This document shows positions 50,651-61,260 of a stretch of DNA of 64,000 nucleotides, piece after piece; the stretch's first letter is position 1, and every line of letters starts with the position of its first letter. This stretch comes from Bdellovibrionales bacterium (GTDB lineage: Bacteria > Bdellovibrionota > Bdellovibrionia > Bdellovibrionales > UBA1609), in assembly GCA_965203095.1 (NCBI GenBank), contig OZ241877.1:1408001-1472000 (forward strand). The letters run 5' to 3'. The notes under the pieces were generated by a model. That model was not told the DNA's origin and made no database searches. It saw nothing but the letters and a program-made list of their open reading frames with translations. A program made the translations under genes and the position numbers.

Positions 50651-51019
50651 TTACACAAGCTCCGGTGCCATGGAAATAATTTTTACAAAATTTTTATGCC
50701 TCAACTCACGAGCTACGGGACCAAAAATTCTTGTCCCCACAGGTTCTTTGTTGGCACTAATCAAAACCGCTGAGTTTTCATCAAAGCGAAGGGCTGTGCC
50801 ATCCGGCCGGCGGATCTGATGAGTTGTCCGGATAATCACCGCACGGGCCTTGTCCCCCTTTTTCATCTTGGAGTTGGGCATAGCACTTTTGACAGAAACC
50901 ACCACAATATCACCCACACCGGCTGTCCGGCGACGGGTTCCTCCTAAAACTTTAATACATTGCACCCATCGGGCTCCTGAATTATCCGCCACTTTTAATT
51001 GACTCTGCATTTGAATCAT
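50651..51019 (-). CDS. rplN: 50S ribosomal protein L14
   Basis: [19 protein letters not shown]. Confidence 0.97.
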   Translation of the reverse strand: MIQMQSQLKVADNSGARWVQCIKVLGGTRRRTAGVGDIVVVSVKSAMPNSKMKKGDKARAVIIRTTHQIRRPDGTALRFDENSAVLISANKEPVGTRIFGPVARELRHKNFVKIISMAPELV

Positions 51020-51055
51020 TATTTCTCCTTAGTTTAAATCTTTGTCTGGATCCCA

Positions 51056-51325
51056 TTATGACTTCCCTTTTTGAGATGAAATAATATTCTTTAGTTTCCA
51101 TCTTTTGGTTTTACTTAAAGCTCTACTCTCAAAGATTTGAACAATATCCCCTGTTTGAGCCTGGTTCTTTTCATCATGAACCTTAAAGACAGAAGTCTTT
51201 TTTATATATTTTTTATATTTGGGATGCTTAACAAAATGATGAATTAAAACAGAGATGGTTTTATCCATTTTTGAGGATAAAGCTCTGCCTGTAAAAATTC
51301 TTTTCCGGCCCCTGAGTTGGTTCAT
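51056..51325 (-). CDS. rpsQ: 30S ribosomal protein S17
   Basis: KMDKTI, HPKYKK, LSKTKRW. Confidence 0.95.
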   Translation of the reverse strand: MNQLRGRKRIFTGRALSSKMDKTISVLIHHFVKHPKYKKYIKKTSVFKVHDEKNQAQTGDIVQIFESRALSKTKRWKLKNIISSQKGKS

Positions 51326-51531
51326 TTTGACCCTCCGGACATATTATTTCTTTTTAAAGAAAGAACGGTTTGAACACGGGCTATATCTCTCCTTAAAGAG
51401 CGAAGGATTAAGGGGTTGCTCAGCCTTTGCATTTTGAGTTGCATGCGGGAGTCAAAAAGCTCTTTCCTCAGTTGAGAGAGGCGGATCCTCAGTTCTTTTT
51501 CCTCTAAATGGGCTATTTCTGAAAACTTCAT
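51322..51531 (-). CDS. rpmC: 50S ribosomal protein L29
   Basis: RRDIARVQT; position in the operon. Confidence 0.92.
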   Translation of the reverse strand: MKFSEIAHLEEKELRIRLSQLRKELFDSRMQLKMQRLSNPLILRSLRRDIARVQTVLSLKRNNMSGGSK

Positions 51532-51542
51532 TTATATTACCC

Positions 51543-51953
51543 TCAAATATTCCTTTCCACAAACCGGCACTTAAATGGCAATTTGTGACTGGCTAAACGA
51601 AAGGCCTCTTTGGCCTGCTTTAGTGTGACACCACTAATTTCAAATAAAATTCTTCCAGGGTGAATGGTGGCTGTCCAAAACTCCACATCTCCTTTTCCCG
51701 AACCCATACGAGTTTCCAAAGGCTTTTTAGTGATAGGGCGATCGGGAAAAACGCGAATCCAAAGCTTCCCCCCCCTTTTGACATGGCGGGAGATAGCGAT
51801 CCGGCCAGCTTCAATTTGGCGATCGGTCATCCGGCCCGGGCTGAGACTCGCCAGGCCATAGTCTCCAAAAGAGAGGCTTGTCCCCCCTTTGGCCAAACCT
51901 TTGAATTTTGCACGGTGTTGCCTTCTCCATTTGATTTTCTTAGGGCTGAGCAA
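51543..51953 (-). CDS. rplP: 50S ribosomal protein L16
   Basis: [13 protein letters not shown]. Confidence 0.97.
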   Translation of the reverse strand: MLSPKKIKWRRQHRAKFKGLAKGGTSLSFGDYGLASLSPGRMTDRQIEAGRIAISRHVKRGGKLWIRVFPDRPITKKPLETRMGSGKGDVEFWTATIHPGRILFEISGVTLKQAKEAFRLASHKLPFKCRFVERNI

Positions 51954-52608
51954 TGTTCTCCTCCTTTTTTATCTCTTTACTTCTATAAAAATCCGCATGA
52001 TAGATCCAAACCTTTACCCCTGTAGTTCCATAAGTTGTAAAAGCGGTAGCTGAGCCATAATCAATGTTGGCCCTCAAAGTGTGTAAGGGCACTTGCTTTT
52101 CATTATACCATTCGGCCCGGGCAATTTCCGCCCCGTCCAAACGGCCCGCCACCCGTGCTTTAATACCTCGGACACCTCGCCGGGTCGCTCCCGCTATGGC
52201 TTTTTTTACAGCTCTCCTCCAGGAGACTCGCTTTTCCAACTGAAGAGCAATATTTTCTGCCACTAACTGGGCATCTATATCGGGTTTTCTCACTTCATGA
52301 ACATCCACTATCACCTTATTAGGGGTTTGTTTCTGAATGTCTTCTGTAAGCAAGTCAATACCTGCCCCCTTTTTTCCAATCACAATGCCCGGGCGGGATG
52401 TATAAATGAGCAATTTGACATGATTGACTGTCCTTTCAATTTCTATCCTGGAGACCCCGGCTCCTTTGAGCTTTTTTTTCACATAAGCCCTTAAGAGATA
52501 ATCCTCTTTAATGTTAGCAGAAAACTTTCTGCCTTTCACGAACCATCGGGATCGCCAAGTAAAAATCACCCCCAGCCTCAATCCAATAGGATTTACTTTT
52601 TGACCCAC
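51940..52608 (-). CDS. rpsC: 30S ribosomal protein S3
   Basis: [24 protein letters not shown]. Confidence 0.97.
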   Translation of the reverse strand: MGQKVNPIGLRLGVIFTWRSRWFVKGRKFSANIKEDYLLRAYVKKKLKGAGVSRIEIERTVNHVKLLIYTSRPGIVIGKKGAGIDLLTEDIQKQTPNKVIVDVHEVRKPDIDAQLVAENIALQLEKRVSWRRAVKKAIAGATRRGVRGIKARVAGRLDGAEIARAEWYNEKQVPLHTLRANIDYGSATAFTTYGTTGVKVWIYHADFYRSKEIKKEENIAQP

Positions 52609-52611
52609 AAC

Positions 52612-52944
52612 TCACCTCTCCGCTAAAACCAGTTCAATATGGCTTTGTTTTCTTTTATAAGGGGAGGAAGCTCCCTTAGCCCGCGGGCGATATCTCCTCA
52701 AGTGTGGCCCCTGATTGACAACTATGGACTTAACATAAAGCTGATCCACATCAATCACTTTTTTTTGCTCTGCCAAAGCCACAGCCGATTTTAAAAGTCG
52801 CTCCATCAAAACACTCACCTTCCTCCGGCCAAAGGAAAGGATACTTAAGGCACTGTTAATGTCTTTCCCAGAGATGAGCCGAGCCGTCTCTCTGGCTTTC
52901 AAAACCCCTGTGCGGGCATATCTTAATTGAGCTTTAATCTCCAT
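52612..52944 (-). CDS. rplV: 50S ribosomal protein L22
   Basis: RYRPRAKG...SHI. Confidence 0.95.
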   Translation of the reverse strand: MEIKAQLRYARTGVLKARETARLISGKDINSALSILSFGRRKVSVLMERLLKSAVALAEQKKVIDVDQLYVKSIVVNQGPHLRRYRPRAKGASSPYKRKQSHIELVLAER

Positions 52945-52961
52945 TATAAAACTCCTACCTT

Positions 52962-53243
52962 TTATTTTTTAACAGGGGCTTTTTTATCCCCTGAGTGAGC
53001 TTTAAATTGCCTTGTGGGTGCAAATTCGCCCAACTTGTGCCCTATCATATTTTCAGAAATAAAAACAGGGATAAACTTTTTGCCATTATGAACGGCAAAA
53101 GTCAAGCCCACAGATTCTGGAGTGACTGTGGATCGGCGGGACCATGTTTTTATAACTTTTTTGTCGCCCGATTGTTTGGCTTTTTCAATTTTTTCCATTA
53201 AGTGATAATCCACAAAAGGGCCTTTTTTTACTGATCGAGACAT
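52962..53243 (-). CDS. rpsS: 30S ribosomal protein S19
   Basis: [21 protein letters not shown]. Confidence 0.97.
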   Translation of the reverse strand: MSRSVKKGPFVDYHLMEKIEKAKQSGDKKVIKTWSRRSTVTPESVGLTFAVHNGKKFIPVFISENMIGHKLGEFAPTRQFKAHSGDKKAPVKK

Positions 53244-53246
53244 TTT

Positions 53247-54077
53247 TCACTTCCTTTTTTTACTGCGACTGAGGATCCATCGCTCAGTTCGCTTGTTATT
53301 TCTGGTTTTTAAACCTTTACAATATTTCCCCCAAGGTGTCATGGGGTGATTCCCTTTACTCACGCCTTCTCCCCCACCCAAGGGGTGATCAACGGGGTTC
53401 ATGGCCATACCTCGGACACTGGGCCTTTTACCCCTCCAGCGGTTCCGCCCGGCCTTCCCCCATCGAATGTTTTCTTGATCTTCATTCCCTAATTGGCCAA
53501 TAGAAGCCCGGCAGGAAGATAAAATCAAGCGGTTTTCCCCCGATGGCATTTTGACTTGGCAATATTTCCCTAACTGTGCCGCAATGACTGCCTGTGCCCC
53601 TGCACTTCGGACCAACTGGCCTCCTTTTCCCGGACGCAACTCAATATTATGAATGGCAAGCCCTGTAGGGATTAAGGATAGAGGGAAGGCATTTCCCGGT
53701 TGAATGTCCGCTTTTTTATCGCTGGATATCACCTGATCTCCTTTTTTTAACCCGATTGGGGACAAAATATAAGCCTTTTCCCCATCCGCGTAATGAACCA
53801 AAGCGATACGGCAAGTTCTGTTAGGGTCATATTCTATGGAAAAAATCTTTCCCGGAACAGAGAGCTTTTTTCTTTTAAAATCAATTAGGCGATAGAGCCT
53901 TTTGTGTCGCCCACCATGGTGGCGAACAGTGATTCGTCCACGGTTGTTTCTGGCAGAGGCCCGCTTGAGACCTTTTGTGAGAGATTTTTCCGGTCGCGAT
54001 CGAGTGAGAGCTGAAAAGTCAGAAACAGAGCGATGCTTAGAAGAGTTTTTTCCTCCTTTGTAGGGACGAACAGGCAT
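53247..54077 (-). CDS. rplB: 50S ribosomal protein L2
   Basis: [19 protein letters not shown]. Confidence 0.97.
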   Translation of the reverse strand: MPVRPYKGGKNSSKHRSVSDFSALTRSRPEKSLTKGLKRASARNNRGRITVRHHGGRHKRLYRLIDFKRKKLSVPGKIFSIEYDPNRTCRIALVHYADGEKAYILSPIGLKKGDQVISSDKKADIQPGNAFPLSLIPTGLAIHNIELRPGKGGQLVRSAGAQAVIAAQLGKYCQVKMPSGENRLILSSCRASIGQLGNEDQENIRWGKAGRNRWRGKRPSVRGMAMNPVDHPLGGGEGVSKGNHPMTPWGKYCKGLKTRNNKRTERWILSRSKKRK

Positions 54078-54078
54078 A

Positions 54079-54357
54079 TCAATTCCCCTCAAACACAGTG
54101 ATTTGCTCGCCCGAATGGAGACGGACGAAAGCCTTTTTCCAATACTTCACTCGGCCCGGTCGCCCTCTGACTTTTCGGGACCGTTTCCGGCATATTGCGG
54201 TTTTTACACTATGCACCTTAACCTTAAAATATCTCTCCACATGGTCTTTTATGGCCAATTTATTGGCCTGGCGACTCACTTTAAAAACATAAATGCCCTT
54301 TTCTGCCTTGAGATTGTTTTTCTCTGTCACTAAGGGTTTTTTTATTACATAAGACAT
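54079..54357 (-). CDS. rplW: 50S ribosomal protein L23
   Basis: [14 protein letters not shown]. Confidence 0.95.
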   Translation of the reverse strand: MSYVIKKPLVTEKNNLKAEKGIYVFKVSRQANKLAIKDHVERYFKVKVHSVKTAICRKRSRKVRGRPGRVKYWKKAFVRLHSGEQITVFEGN

Positions 54358-54983
54358 CAAGATAACCCACATTTTTGATAAACTGTCTTTAACAGATGAG
54401 GAGTTAAAACCACAAGATCAAATTTCAAAATATCATAAACATTTAAAGCTTTAGCGGGAAGAAATTTAAAGTTTCTTAAATTGGAACAAGCTCTCTTAAA
54501 TTGATCTTGCAAGCTCTCATCCACTAAGAGGGCCTTATTCCAGCCCATTTTTTTAAACCGAAGGCTCAGCTCTTTAGTTTTTCCTTCCGGAGATTTCATA
54601 TCTTCAACAAAAAGCAGTTTTTTTTGTTGAAAAAGGTAGGACAGTGCATTTCTCAAAGCCTTTTGCCGGATTTTTTTGGGCAAGTTGTATTTATAGGATC
54701 GGTTTTTTGGGCCATGAGCTGTTCCTCCACCTCTTAAAAGAGGAGAGCGGATAGAACCTTGCCGGGCACTCCCAGTCCCTTTTTGCCGAAAGGGCTTTTT
54801 GCCTCCGCCACGGACTTCTCCGCGGGTTTTGGCCTTATGGCTCCCTTTCCGCCGGCAGGCCAACTGCCAAACCACTACTGAATGCAAGAGGGGGCGATTG
54901 AGTTTTTCACTCAACAAAGAAGGCTCAAGCTGAATCTCAGAGATCTTTTTCCCCTCCCAATTTAAAACTTCAACGGGTGTCAC
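54357..54983 (-). CDS. rplD: 50S ribosomal protein L4
   Basis: KPFRQKGTGSARQGS. Confidence 0.96.
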   Translation of the reverse strand: MTPVEVLNWEGKKISEIQLEPSLLSEKLNRPLLHSVVVWQLACRRKGSHKAKTRGEVRGGGKKPFRQKGTGSARQGSIRSPLLRGGGTAHGPKNRSYKYNLPKKIRQKALRNALSYLFQQKKLLFVEDMKSPEGKTKELSLRFKKMGWNKALLVDESLQDQFKRACSNLRNFKFLPAKALNVYDILKFDLVVLTPHLLKTVYQKCGLS

Positions 54984-54986
54984 TTT

Positions 54987-56285
54987 TTAATTCTCCTTTT
55001 GAATTGAAGTGGCCGGCATTTTTTTGAGAGAAACTAAAGTGTTTCTCGCCCCCGGCACAGGCCCTTTGACAAAAATAATGCCCTCTTCAGGTAGGACATC
55101 CACAATAGGAACTTTTAAACGGCTATTTCTTTTAAAACCGTATTGGCCCGGCATCCGGCGGCCCGGAAAAACACGGGAAGGCTCTGTGTGTTGGCCAATA
55201 GCACCAGTGCGTCTGTGGCTTTTAGAGCCATGGGAGGCTTTTCCGCCGGCAAAATTCCATCGTTTCATCACACCGGAGAAGCCACGACCTTTTGAAAAAG
55301 AGGATATTTTGACCTGATCCCCTTTTTTTAAGCTGTTAATGGAAAGCTCCTGACCCAGCTTGATCCCTTCAGGAATTTTTTGACGAATCTCTCTTAAAAA
55401 ACTCATAGAACCTTCCTTTAAATCAGCAGGCTTTAAATGCCCTTTTAAGGCTTTGGATCCTTTTTTTCGAGGTTTAAAAGCCACTTGAATAGCAGAATAG
55501 GATTCCTTTTTGTCTGGATTTTTAATTTGAGAGACAATGGCTGGTTCGTATTTGAGAGCCGTCACCGGGAGACTCTTCCCCGACTCATCATAAAAAGTGG
55601 CCATGGACATTTTGAAAGCAAAAAGCCCCTCTAAAAGGACCGGCTCTCTTTTTGGGAGTGTTTTATCCGTGGCTTTTTTTGACTTCACTGGGGATGGGCT
55701 GGAAAGTTTTTTGTCCGGTTTTTCCTTTTTTATATCTGGTGGGACTGTTTTTTCCTTCAAAGCTTTTTCCCCTTCTTTAGGAGGCGAAGTAGTGGCTATT
55801 TTTGAGGAAGGCTCAGGTTTTTTATCAGGAGTTTTAGGAGTAGTTGTTTTTGAGGAAGGCTCAGTTTTTTTATCAGGGGTTTTAGGAGTAGTTGTTTTTG
55901 TTGAGGAAGACTCAGTTTTTTTATCAGGAGTTTTAGCACTGCTTGTTTTTGAGGAAGGTTCAGCTTTTTTATCAGGAGTTTTGGTGGTAGTTGTTTTTGG
56001 GGAAGGCTCAGCTTTTTTATCAGGAGTTTTGGTGGTAGTTGTTTTTGGGGAAGGCTCAGCTTTTTTATCAGGGACTGTCTCTTTTTTTGTGTCTTGTGCT
56101 AAAGTTTTTTTGTCCGGTGCTGGCTTTTTTTTAGAAAAAGCTTTCTTAACCGACCGAGCACCAAATAAAGACTTTATTTTAGAAAAAGCTTTTTTTCCCG
56201 ACGGGCCAGAAGAAGGCTTCTGCTCTTTTGTGGATTGGCTTTTTTGATCTTTAAGAGATTTTTTTTGTTTTTTATCTTCAGCCAT
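54987..56285 (-). CDS. rplC: 50S ribosomal protein L3 with ~215-aa K/T/P-rich N-terminal extension
   Basis: L3 core [29 protein letters not shown]; start MAEDKK at 56285 just after the rpsJ stop. Confidence 0.92.
   Translation of the reverse strand: MAEDKKQKKSLKDQKSQSTKEQKPSSGPSGKKAFSKIKSLFGARSVKKAFSKKKPAPDKKTLAQDTKKETVPDKKAEPSPKTTTTKTPDKKAEPSPKTTTTKTPDKKAEPSSKTSSAKTPDKKTESSSTKTTTPKTPDKKTEPSSKTTTPKTPDKKPEPSSKIATTSPPKEGEKALKEKTVPPDIKKEKPDKKLSSPSPVKSKKATDKTLPKREPVLLEGLFAFKMSMATFYDESGKSLPVTALKYEPAIVSQIKNPDKKESYSAIQVAFKPRKKGSKALKGHLKPADLKEGSMSFLREIRQKIPEGIKLGQELSINSLKKGDQVKISSFSKGRGFSGVMKRWNFAGGKASHGSKSHRRTGAIGQHTEPSRVFPGRRMPGQYGFKRNSRLKVPIVDVLPEEGIIFVKGPVPGARNTLVSLKKMPATSIQKEN
55795..56075 (-). 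repeat. ~45-48 nt tandem repeat (PDKKxEPSxKTTTxKT), about 6 units, in rplC
   Basis: GAAGGCTCAG...TTTTTATCAGGAGTTTT units. Confidence 0.85.
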
Positions 56286-56304
56286 TTTATCATTTCCTGA
56301 AAGC

Positions 56305-56643
56305 TCAAGCTTTTTCCTCTTCTTTGTGTTGTGTAGCGATAGAGACATCCACTCCAGCAGGAAGATCTAACTTCATCAGTTGGGATATGGTTTGGGCACT
56401 GGGTTCAGAAATCTCTAACAACCTTTTAAAACTGCGGATCTCAAACTGTTCTCTGGATTTTTTATTGACATGAGGTGACCGTAAAACAGTGTAACGGCTG
56501 ATTTTCACCGGAAGAGGAATGGGGCCGATAATGTTAGCTCCTGTTCTTTTAGCTGTGTCCACAATGCCTCTGGCCGATTGATCCAAAAGCCTGTGGTCAT
56601 AAGCAGTTAACCGTATTCTTATCCTTTGATTTTCTGTATTCAT
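56305..56643 (-). CDS. rpsJ: 30S ribosomal protein S10
   Basis: [24 protein letters not shown]. Confidence 0.97.
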   Translation of the reverse strand: MNTENQRIRIRLTAYDHRLLDQSARGIVDTAKRTGANIIGPIPLPVKISRYTVLRSPHVNKKSREQFEIRSFKRLLEISEPSAQTISQLMKLDLPAGVDVSIATQHKEEEKA

Positions 56644-56970
56644 TACCTCACCTAAAATTTAAACCCCGCTTGGCCTGGCCAACAAAACCCCAGCGGGCCT
56701 TTTTTGACAGGAAAAGAAGTCAAGTTTTGCGATTATCTTCAAGAGATTTGCTTTTGTCAAAATAAAAAAAGGTTTTTTTTAAATCCTTCCCACAAACTCA
56801 GTCCTTCCACAAAGATTTTCGGCTGGATCCTGGCAAATGTGCCAAAAAGCTCCCCAAGCTTTTTGCCTGCCTTGAGCGGGAATCCAAATTTGACGGGTAT
56901 TTTACGATGAGGTGGCCCCCAAAGCTTTTGGAGTAAAAGGTCTTTTAATTCTTTTTGTCCAAAACCTCTG

Positions 56971-57711
56971 TCATTTCAACCCCGTCCATTCCTTTTTTTC
57001 AAAAATGATCCATTTTTTTTTGCGGGCGAATGCCTTGAGCTTTTCCTCTATAGGAAATAAAAAAGACTCTTTTCCGGCAGAATGAACTACAAACGGGATC
57101 TGTGCCATTTCTAATAAGGGGAGGTCGGTTTTTGTATTTCCTCCAGCTAAAAGGCAATTTTCCTCTAAATAGTATTTTAAAAAAACCTTTTTTTTATTGT
57201 GTATTGGAGATGGCCTTAAAAGCTGTGGGCTGATCTTGCCATTTTTAAGAAGGGTCTCCGCCCCTAACACCTGATCTACAGGAAGATTATTGAACTGGAT
57301 GGCTATTTCCACAAGCCATTTTATAGAGGCCGTCACCACACAAATTTTTAATCCTTTTTGCTTTAAATATAGCAAAAGCTTTTTTTGAAAAGGAAAAACA
57401 TGAAGAGGGTTTTCCTTTAAAGCCTGCTGGGAGTGGAGTTTAAACTCTTCCAAACTAAAACCCGCTTGCCGGAGAGTAAAAAGCTCACAATATTTTTCCC
57501 TCTGCCTTCTATAGTAAGGCTTAAAGAGATCACTGAGATCCCTTAAACCTTTTTGTGTTAAATAGTTTAGAAAAACATCATTTATATCCTCTGGCCAGAG
57601 TGTCCCGTCCGCATCAAAAACAACGATCTTTTTTTTAAAAGGAGTGGCTTTGTCTATCCGGCCTTTCAGTTGTTGTAATAATTCGTCTTCCCGATAAAAA
57701 CTCAAAATCAA
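56971..57711 (-). CDS. HAD-IB family hydrolase
   Basis: VFDADGTLW, VVTAS, GNTKTD. Confidence 0.85.
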   Translation of the reverse strand: MILSFYREDELLQQLKGRIDKATPFKKKIVVFDADGTLWPEDINDVFLNYLTQKGLRDLSDLFKPYYRRQREKYCELFTLRQAGFSLEEFKLHSQQALKENPLHVFPFQKKLLLYLKQKGLKICVVTASIKWLVEIAIQFNNLPVDQVLGAETLLKNGKISPQLLRPSPIHNKKKVFLKYYLEENCLLAGGNTKTDLPLLEMAQIPFVVHSAGKESFLFPIEEKLKAFARKKKWIIFEKKEWTGLK

Positions 57712-57715
57712 ATCC

Positions 57716-59167
57716 TTATTTAGATGATTTTAAAGCCTTCATATACTCTTTCATTGATTTTTTAACTTTCCCACTCAGTATTAGAGCACCCAATAGATTG
57801 GGCAAAGACATGGATAAAATCATTAGATCGCAAAAATTCATAATGGCTGTGCTGGTGGCCACAGCTCCAAGAAATATTAAAAGGAGGACGGAGAGTTTGT
57901 AAATAATGGCTCGTTTTTCCCCAAACACAAAAGACCAACATCTCTCCCCATAATAAGACCATGAAATAATAGTGGAAAAAGCAAACAGAAAAACAGAGAT
58001 GCTCAAAATATAGGGGAAAATCTCATGGGCTTGAAACAGAGCTTGTGAAGTGAGAGCCGCCCCTTTTTGTTGCTGAACCAGATCGGCATATTCTGGAAGA
58101 GTATGAACCCCTGTCACCAAAATCACAAGAGCTGTGGTGGAACATATAATCACTGTATCTAAAAAAGGTTCTAAAAGGGCTACAGCCCCTTCCTCCACTG
58201 GGTGATTCACTTTGGCCGCTGAGTGGGCAATGGGGGAAGATCCCAAACCCGCTTCATTTGAAAAGGCCGCCCTTTGCAAACCAGTCACTAAAACCCCAAT
58301 AAAACCTCCGTATCCCGCATCAAGGGAAAAGGCACTCTGCCATATCAATAATAAAGCATTAGGAATCTGATCATAATGAATGATTAAAACAGCAAAGGCC
58401 ATCATCATATAAATAAAAAACATTAGGGGGACTATCCGGCCAGAAACTTCAGCAATCCTCTTAATTCCACCAATAATCACAATGGCCACTAAGACAATTA
58501 AAAGCACTCCGTAAAGCCATTTAAAATTCTGCAAAAAGGGCAGGCTGACCGATATAGCATGTAGGGATTGATTGACTTGGAAAGCCACCCCCCCGCCAAA
58601 ACTCCCGCCAATACAGAAGATAGAAAAAACAATGGCTAAAATTTTCCCCAACTGGGGCCAGCCCATCTGAGATAGACCCTTTTGCAAATACTCCATAGGG
58701 CCACCCATAATTCGCCCATCTGCTCGCTTTTCCCGAAACATAAGAGCTAAAGAGCATTCTGTAAATTTTGTGCTCATCCCTAAAAAACCCATAACCAACA
58801 TCCAAAAAACCGCCCCTGGCCCTCCTACAGAGACAGCAATGGCCACGCCGGCAATATTGCCCAAACCCACAGTGGCAGAAAGAGCGGTAGTTAAAGCCTT
58901 AAAATGAGAGATTTCCCCAGACTTGTTTTTGCCTTTATCTAACAGGCCCAAAGTCATTTTAATAGAATGAGTAAAAAGGCGAATGTTTACAAAACCCATT
59001 TTAAAAGTGAAAAAAATGCCACAGGCAAAAAGGGCAAAAATCACTAAGGGGAATTGGATGCCTTTTATGAAAAAGAAAACATCAAAAAAGAAAAATTGGG
59101 CCAAGAAGCCGTTGATAACTTCAAAAAAAACATTAACAGAGTGAGTGATCTTGTCAAAAAAACTCAT
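57716..59167 (-). CDS. Alanine/glycine:cation symporter (AGCS)
   Basis: LSATVGLGNIAGVA, GGPGAVFW, FSNEAGLGS. Confidence 0.93.
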   Translation of the reverse strand: MSFFDKITHSVNVFFEVINGFLAQFFFFDVFFFIKGIQFPLVIFALFACGIFFTFKMGFVNIRLFTHSIKMTLGLLDKGKNKSGEISHFKALTTALSATVGLGNIAGVAIAVSVGGPGAVFWMLVMGFLGMSTKFTECSLALMFREKRADGRIMGGPMEYLQKGLSQMGWPQLGKILAIVFSIFCIGGSFGGGVAFQVNQSLHAISVSLPFLQNFKWLYGVLLIVLVAIVIIGGIKRIAEVSGRIVPLMFFIYMMMAFAVLIIHYDQIPNALLLIWQSAFSLDAGYGGFIGVLVTGLQRAAFSNEAGLGSSPIAHSAAKVNHPVEEGAVALLEPFLDTVIICSTTALVILVTGVHTLPEYADLVQQQKGAALTSQALFQAHEIFPYILSISVFLFAFSTIISWSYYGERCWSFVFGEKRAIIYKLSVLLLIFLGAVATSTAIMNFCDLMILSMSLPNLLGALILSGKVKKSMKEYMKALKSSK

Positions 59168-59234
59168 ATTCCACTCTTTATAACGGCCCAACTATGAGCT
59201 GTCTACAAAAAACCAACCTTATGCCTGTATTCTA

Positions 59235-59996
59235 TTATGCAAAGGCCCTCTCTATAGTATTCAAATACTTTGCTATAGCCTGACTTAAACCTTCCTCTAA
59301 AGCTAAAGCGATTAAAGCCTGCCCAATGGAGACCTCTTTAATTTCCGGCAAGCTTTTTAAAAGATCAAAAAGATTTTTATGATTGAGGTCATGTCCGGCA
59401 TTAACTTGAATACCTAAAGATCTCAAGTGGGCGGAGCTTTTTTTATAAATGGATAAAACATTTTTTTGCTCAGGAAGGCCCCAGCTGTTGGCATAACTTT
59501 CAGTGTAAAACTCAATGCGATGGGGCTGAACTGCCTTTAATGCGGAGTATTGCTCTTCGTTCATAGAGAGAGGATCTAAAAACAAACTCAGGCGAATGTT
59601 TTGAGATTTCAGATTTTTCACAACCTCCTTGAGCCTTGTTTTGTGTTTTTTGAAGTCCCAACCAGCATTGGAGGTGAGCACATCTGGAGGGTCGGGAACT
59701 AAGGTGCACTGCTGAGGCTGAATTTGTGTGACAAGATCTAAAAACTGCACTGAAGGATAGCCTTCAATGTTAAACTCTTTTTCAGGATATTTTTTAAAAA
59801 GGTTTTTGAGTTGTCGGACATCCTCATAGCGGATATGCCTTTCATCTGGACGGGGATGAACAGTCAAGCCATGGACTGGAGTTTGCAGGACAATATTAGC
59901 TATATGAAGGAGATCAGGGGTGTTTTTGCCTCTGGCATTCCTTAAAGTGGCCACTTTATTTATATTCGCACTCAGTTTTGTTTTTTCTAAATTCAT
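59235..59996 (-). CDS. pdxJ: Pyridoxine 5'-phosphate synthase
   Basis: NINKVATLRNARG, TVHPRPDERHI, NAGHDL. Confidence 0.96.
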   Translation of the reverse strand: MNLEKTKLSANINKVATLRNARGKNTPDLLHIANIVLQTPVHGLTVHPRPDERHIRYEDVRQLKNLFKKYPEKEFNIEGYPSVQFLDLVTQIQPQQCTLVPDPPDVLTSNAGWDFKKHKTRLKEVVKNLKSQNIRLSLFLDPLSMNEEQYSALKAVQPHRIEFYTESYANSWGLPEQKNVLSIYKKSSAHLRSLGIQVNAGHDLNHKNLFDLLKSLPEIKEVSIGQALIALALEEGLSQAIAKYLNTIERAFA

Positions 59997-60069
59997 TATG
60001 AGTTTTTTTCTTCATAAAGCCATATTTTTTGCCTTTTGTCCAAAAGCTTGTTGTTCCTGCTCATTTTTT

Positions 60070-60330
60070 GGCTGACTTTTGCTTATGCGATACATTTACA
60101 GAGGTTTTTCATGGGAAAAATACCTTGGATCCTTATGGCAGGGCCTTTAGGCAAAAACAGCTAAACAGTCGTTCCCGCCTTGAGCGGGAATCCAGAAATC
60201 TTTTTCCTTTCTGCAAAGCTTGTTAAAAAGGCAAAATTCTTTAGTTTATTTGCTCAAAGGCCACAGCATTTCGGGACGGCAATACCTTGGACCCTCATGC
60301 TGTGGTTTTGGGCAAAAGCAGTTAAACAGT
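60070..60330. mobile_element. Cluster of MITE fragments, dRS3-like repeat and full hairpin core
   Basis: Partial arms at 60070-60170, GTCGTTCCCGCCTTGAGCGGGAATCCAG at 60168-60195, full stem-loop at 60249-60317. Confidence 0.7.
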
Positions 60331-60582
60331 CATCCCCTTATTATTGGAACGGGATCGGTTTTAGCTGGCGGAGGCATTGGTTGCCTTATAGGAAACCTTA
60401 CAAGAGAAGGCTCGGTTCTTCCAACTGTGCTTCTCGGAGGAACTACCATTATTATACTTACGAGCAGTGCTCTCAGACATTTTTTCCCGCTACCACTTTT
60501 TACAACGGGAGCTTTTTTCGGATCCTTGTTTTGCATGGGGAAAAATTTTGATATAATCCATTTTTTTGAAAACATTTTTTAA
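60330..60582 (+). pseudogene. 5'-truncated Gly-rich membrane-protein cassette
   Basis: Open frame IIGTGSVLAGGGIGCLIG...HFFENIF followed by the cassette tail TAAGCCTCAAAACCCTCTATTTTTCTCTCT; 5' part occupied by the hairpin element. Confidence 0.45.
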
Positions 60583-60954
60583 TTAAGCCTCAAAACCCTC
60601 TATTTTTCTCTCTTCTATCTATACAAAAGCCCTCAGCTATCAAATAATCCTTAAAAACAAGTGTGGAGTCCCAGAGAAAAGGGGGGGGTCTGTTCTCTAA
60701 GGGTGCCCCATCATCTTTTTCCAAGAATCAGGGAAAAATCGCCTATAAGCCTTGTCTATATTGCCTTTCAGCTGATTTTTTTTAGGTTTTTTTTTGCTTT
60801 TTTTGTTAAAAACAGGCTCCGGGGGGAAAATGTCCTGCCCCCCATTGTGATTATCATGCCACCCCCTTTCCTTTGGGACTCCGCTGTGTGAAAAATTTAC
60901 AAAATGCTTTTAAAGACTTTACTTTCCCGGACAATCCTGCTACAACCAAACACA

Positions 60955-61260
60955 ATGAAAATACTATTAAGCCTTATTCTTTTTATGAGCTTGCCCGCTT
61001 TTGCTAATAACTGCCATGATGCTTTTGATCCTGAAACTGAAAAGGAGGCAGAATGGAACGAAAAAGAATTTAAGAGAGGATATTTGTCTGGAGTTAAGAA
61101 GACTAAGAAGACATTATTGAGAGATTTTTTGATATTCGGAGCGATAGGATCGATAGGAGCGATAGGGATGGGAGCAGGGTATTTAGTAGGTCAAGAGATG
61201 ATCGATGTTTTGGATAAAAAAACAGAACTGATGATACTGGAAAGCCAACAAAAAAATTAA
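60955..61260 (+). CDS. Small secreted/membrane protein (class B head, Gly-zipper-like TM)
   Basis: MKILLSLILFMSLPAFANNCHDAFDP...GAIGSIGAIGMGAG; constant tail follows the stop. Confidence 0.75.
   Translation: MKILLSLILFMSLPAFANNCHDAFDPETEKEAEWNEKEFKRGYLSGVKKTKKTLLRDFLIFGAIGSIGAIGMGAGYLVGQEMIDVLDKKTELMILESQQKN

Noticed and set aside
42823..56247. Antisense or alternative-frame ORFs 42823-43410, 43115-43348, 43160-43528 and 55597-56247
   Set aside because: Products of the rpoA and rplC tandem repeats read in other frames.
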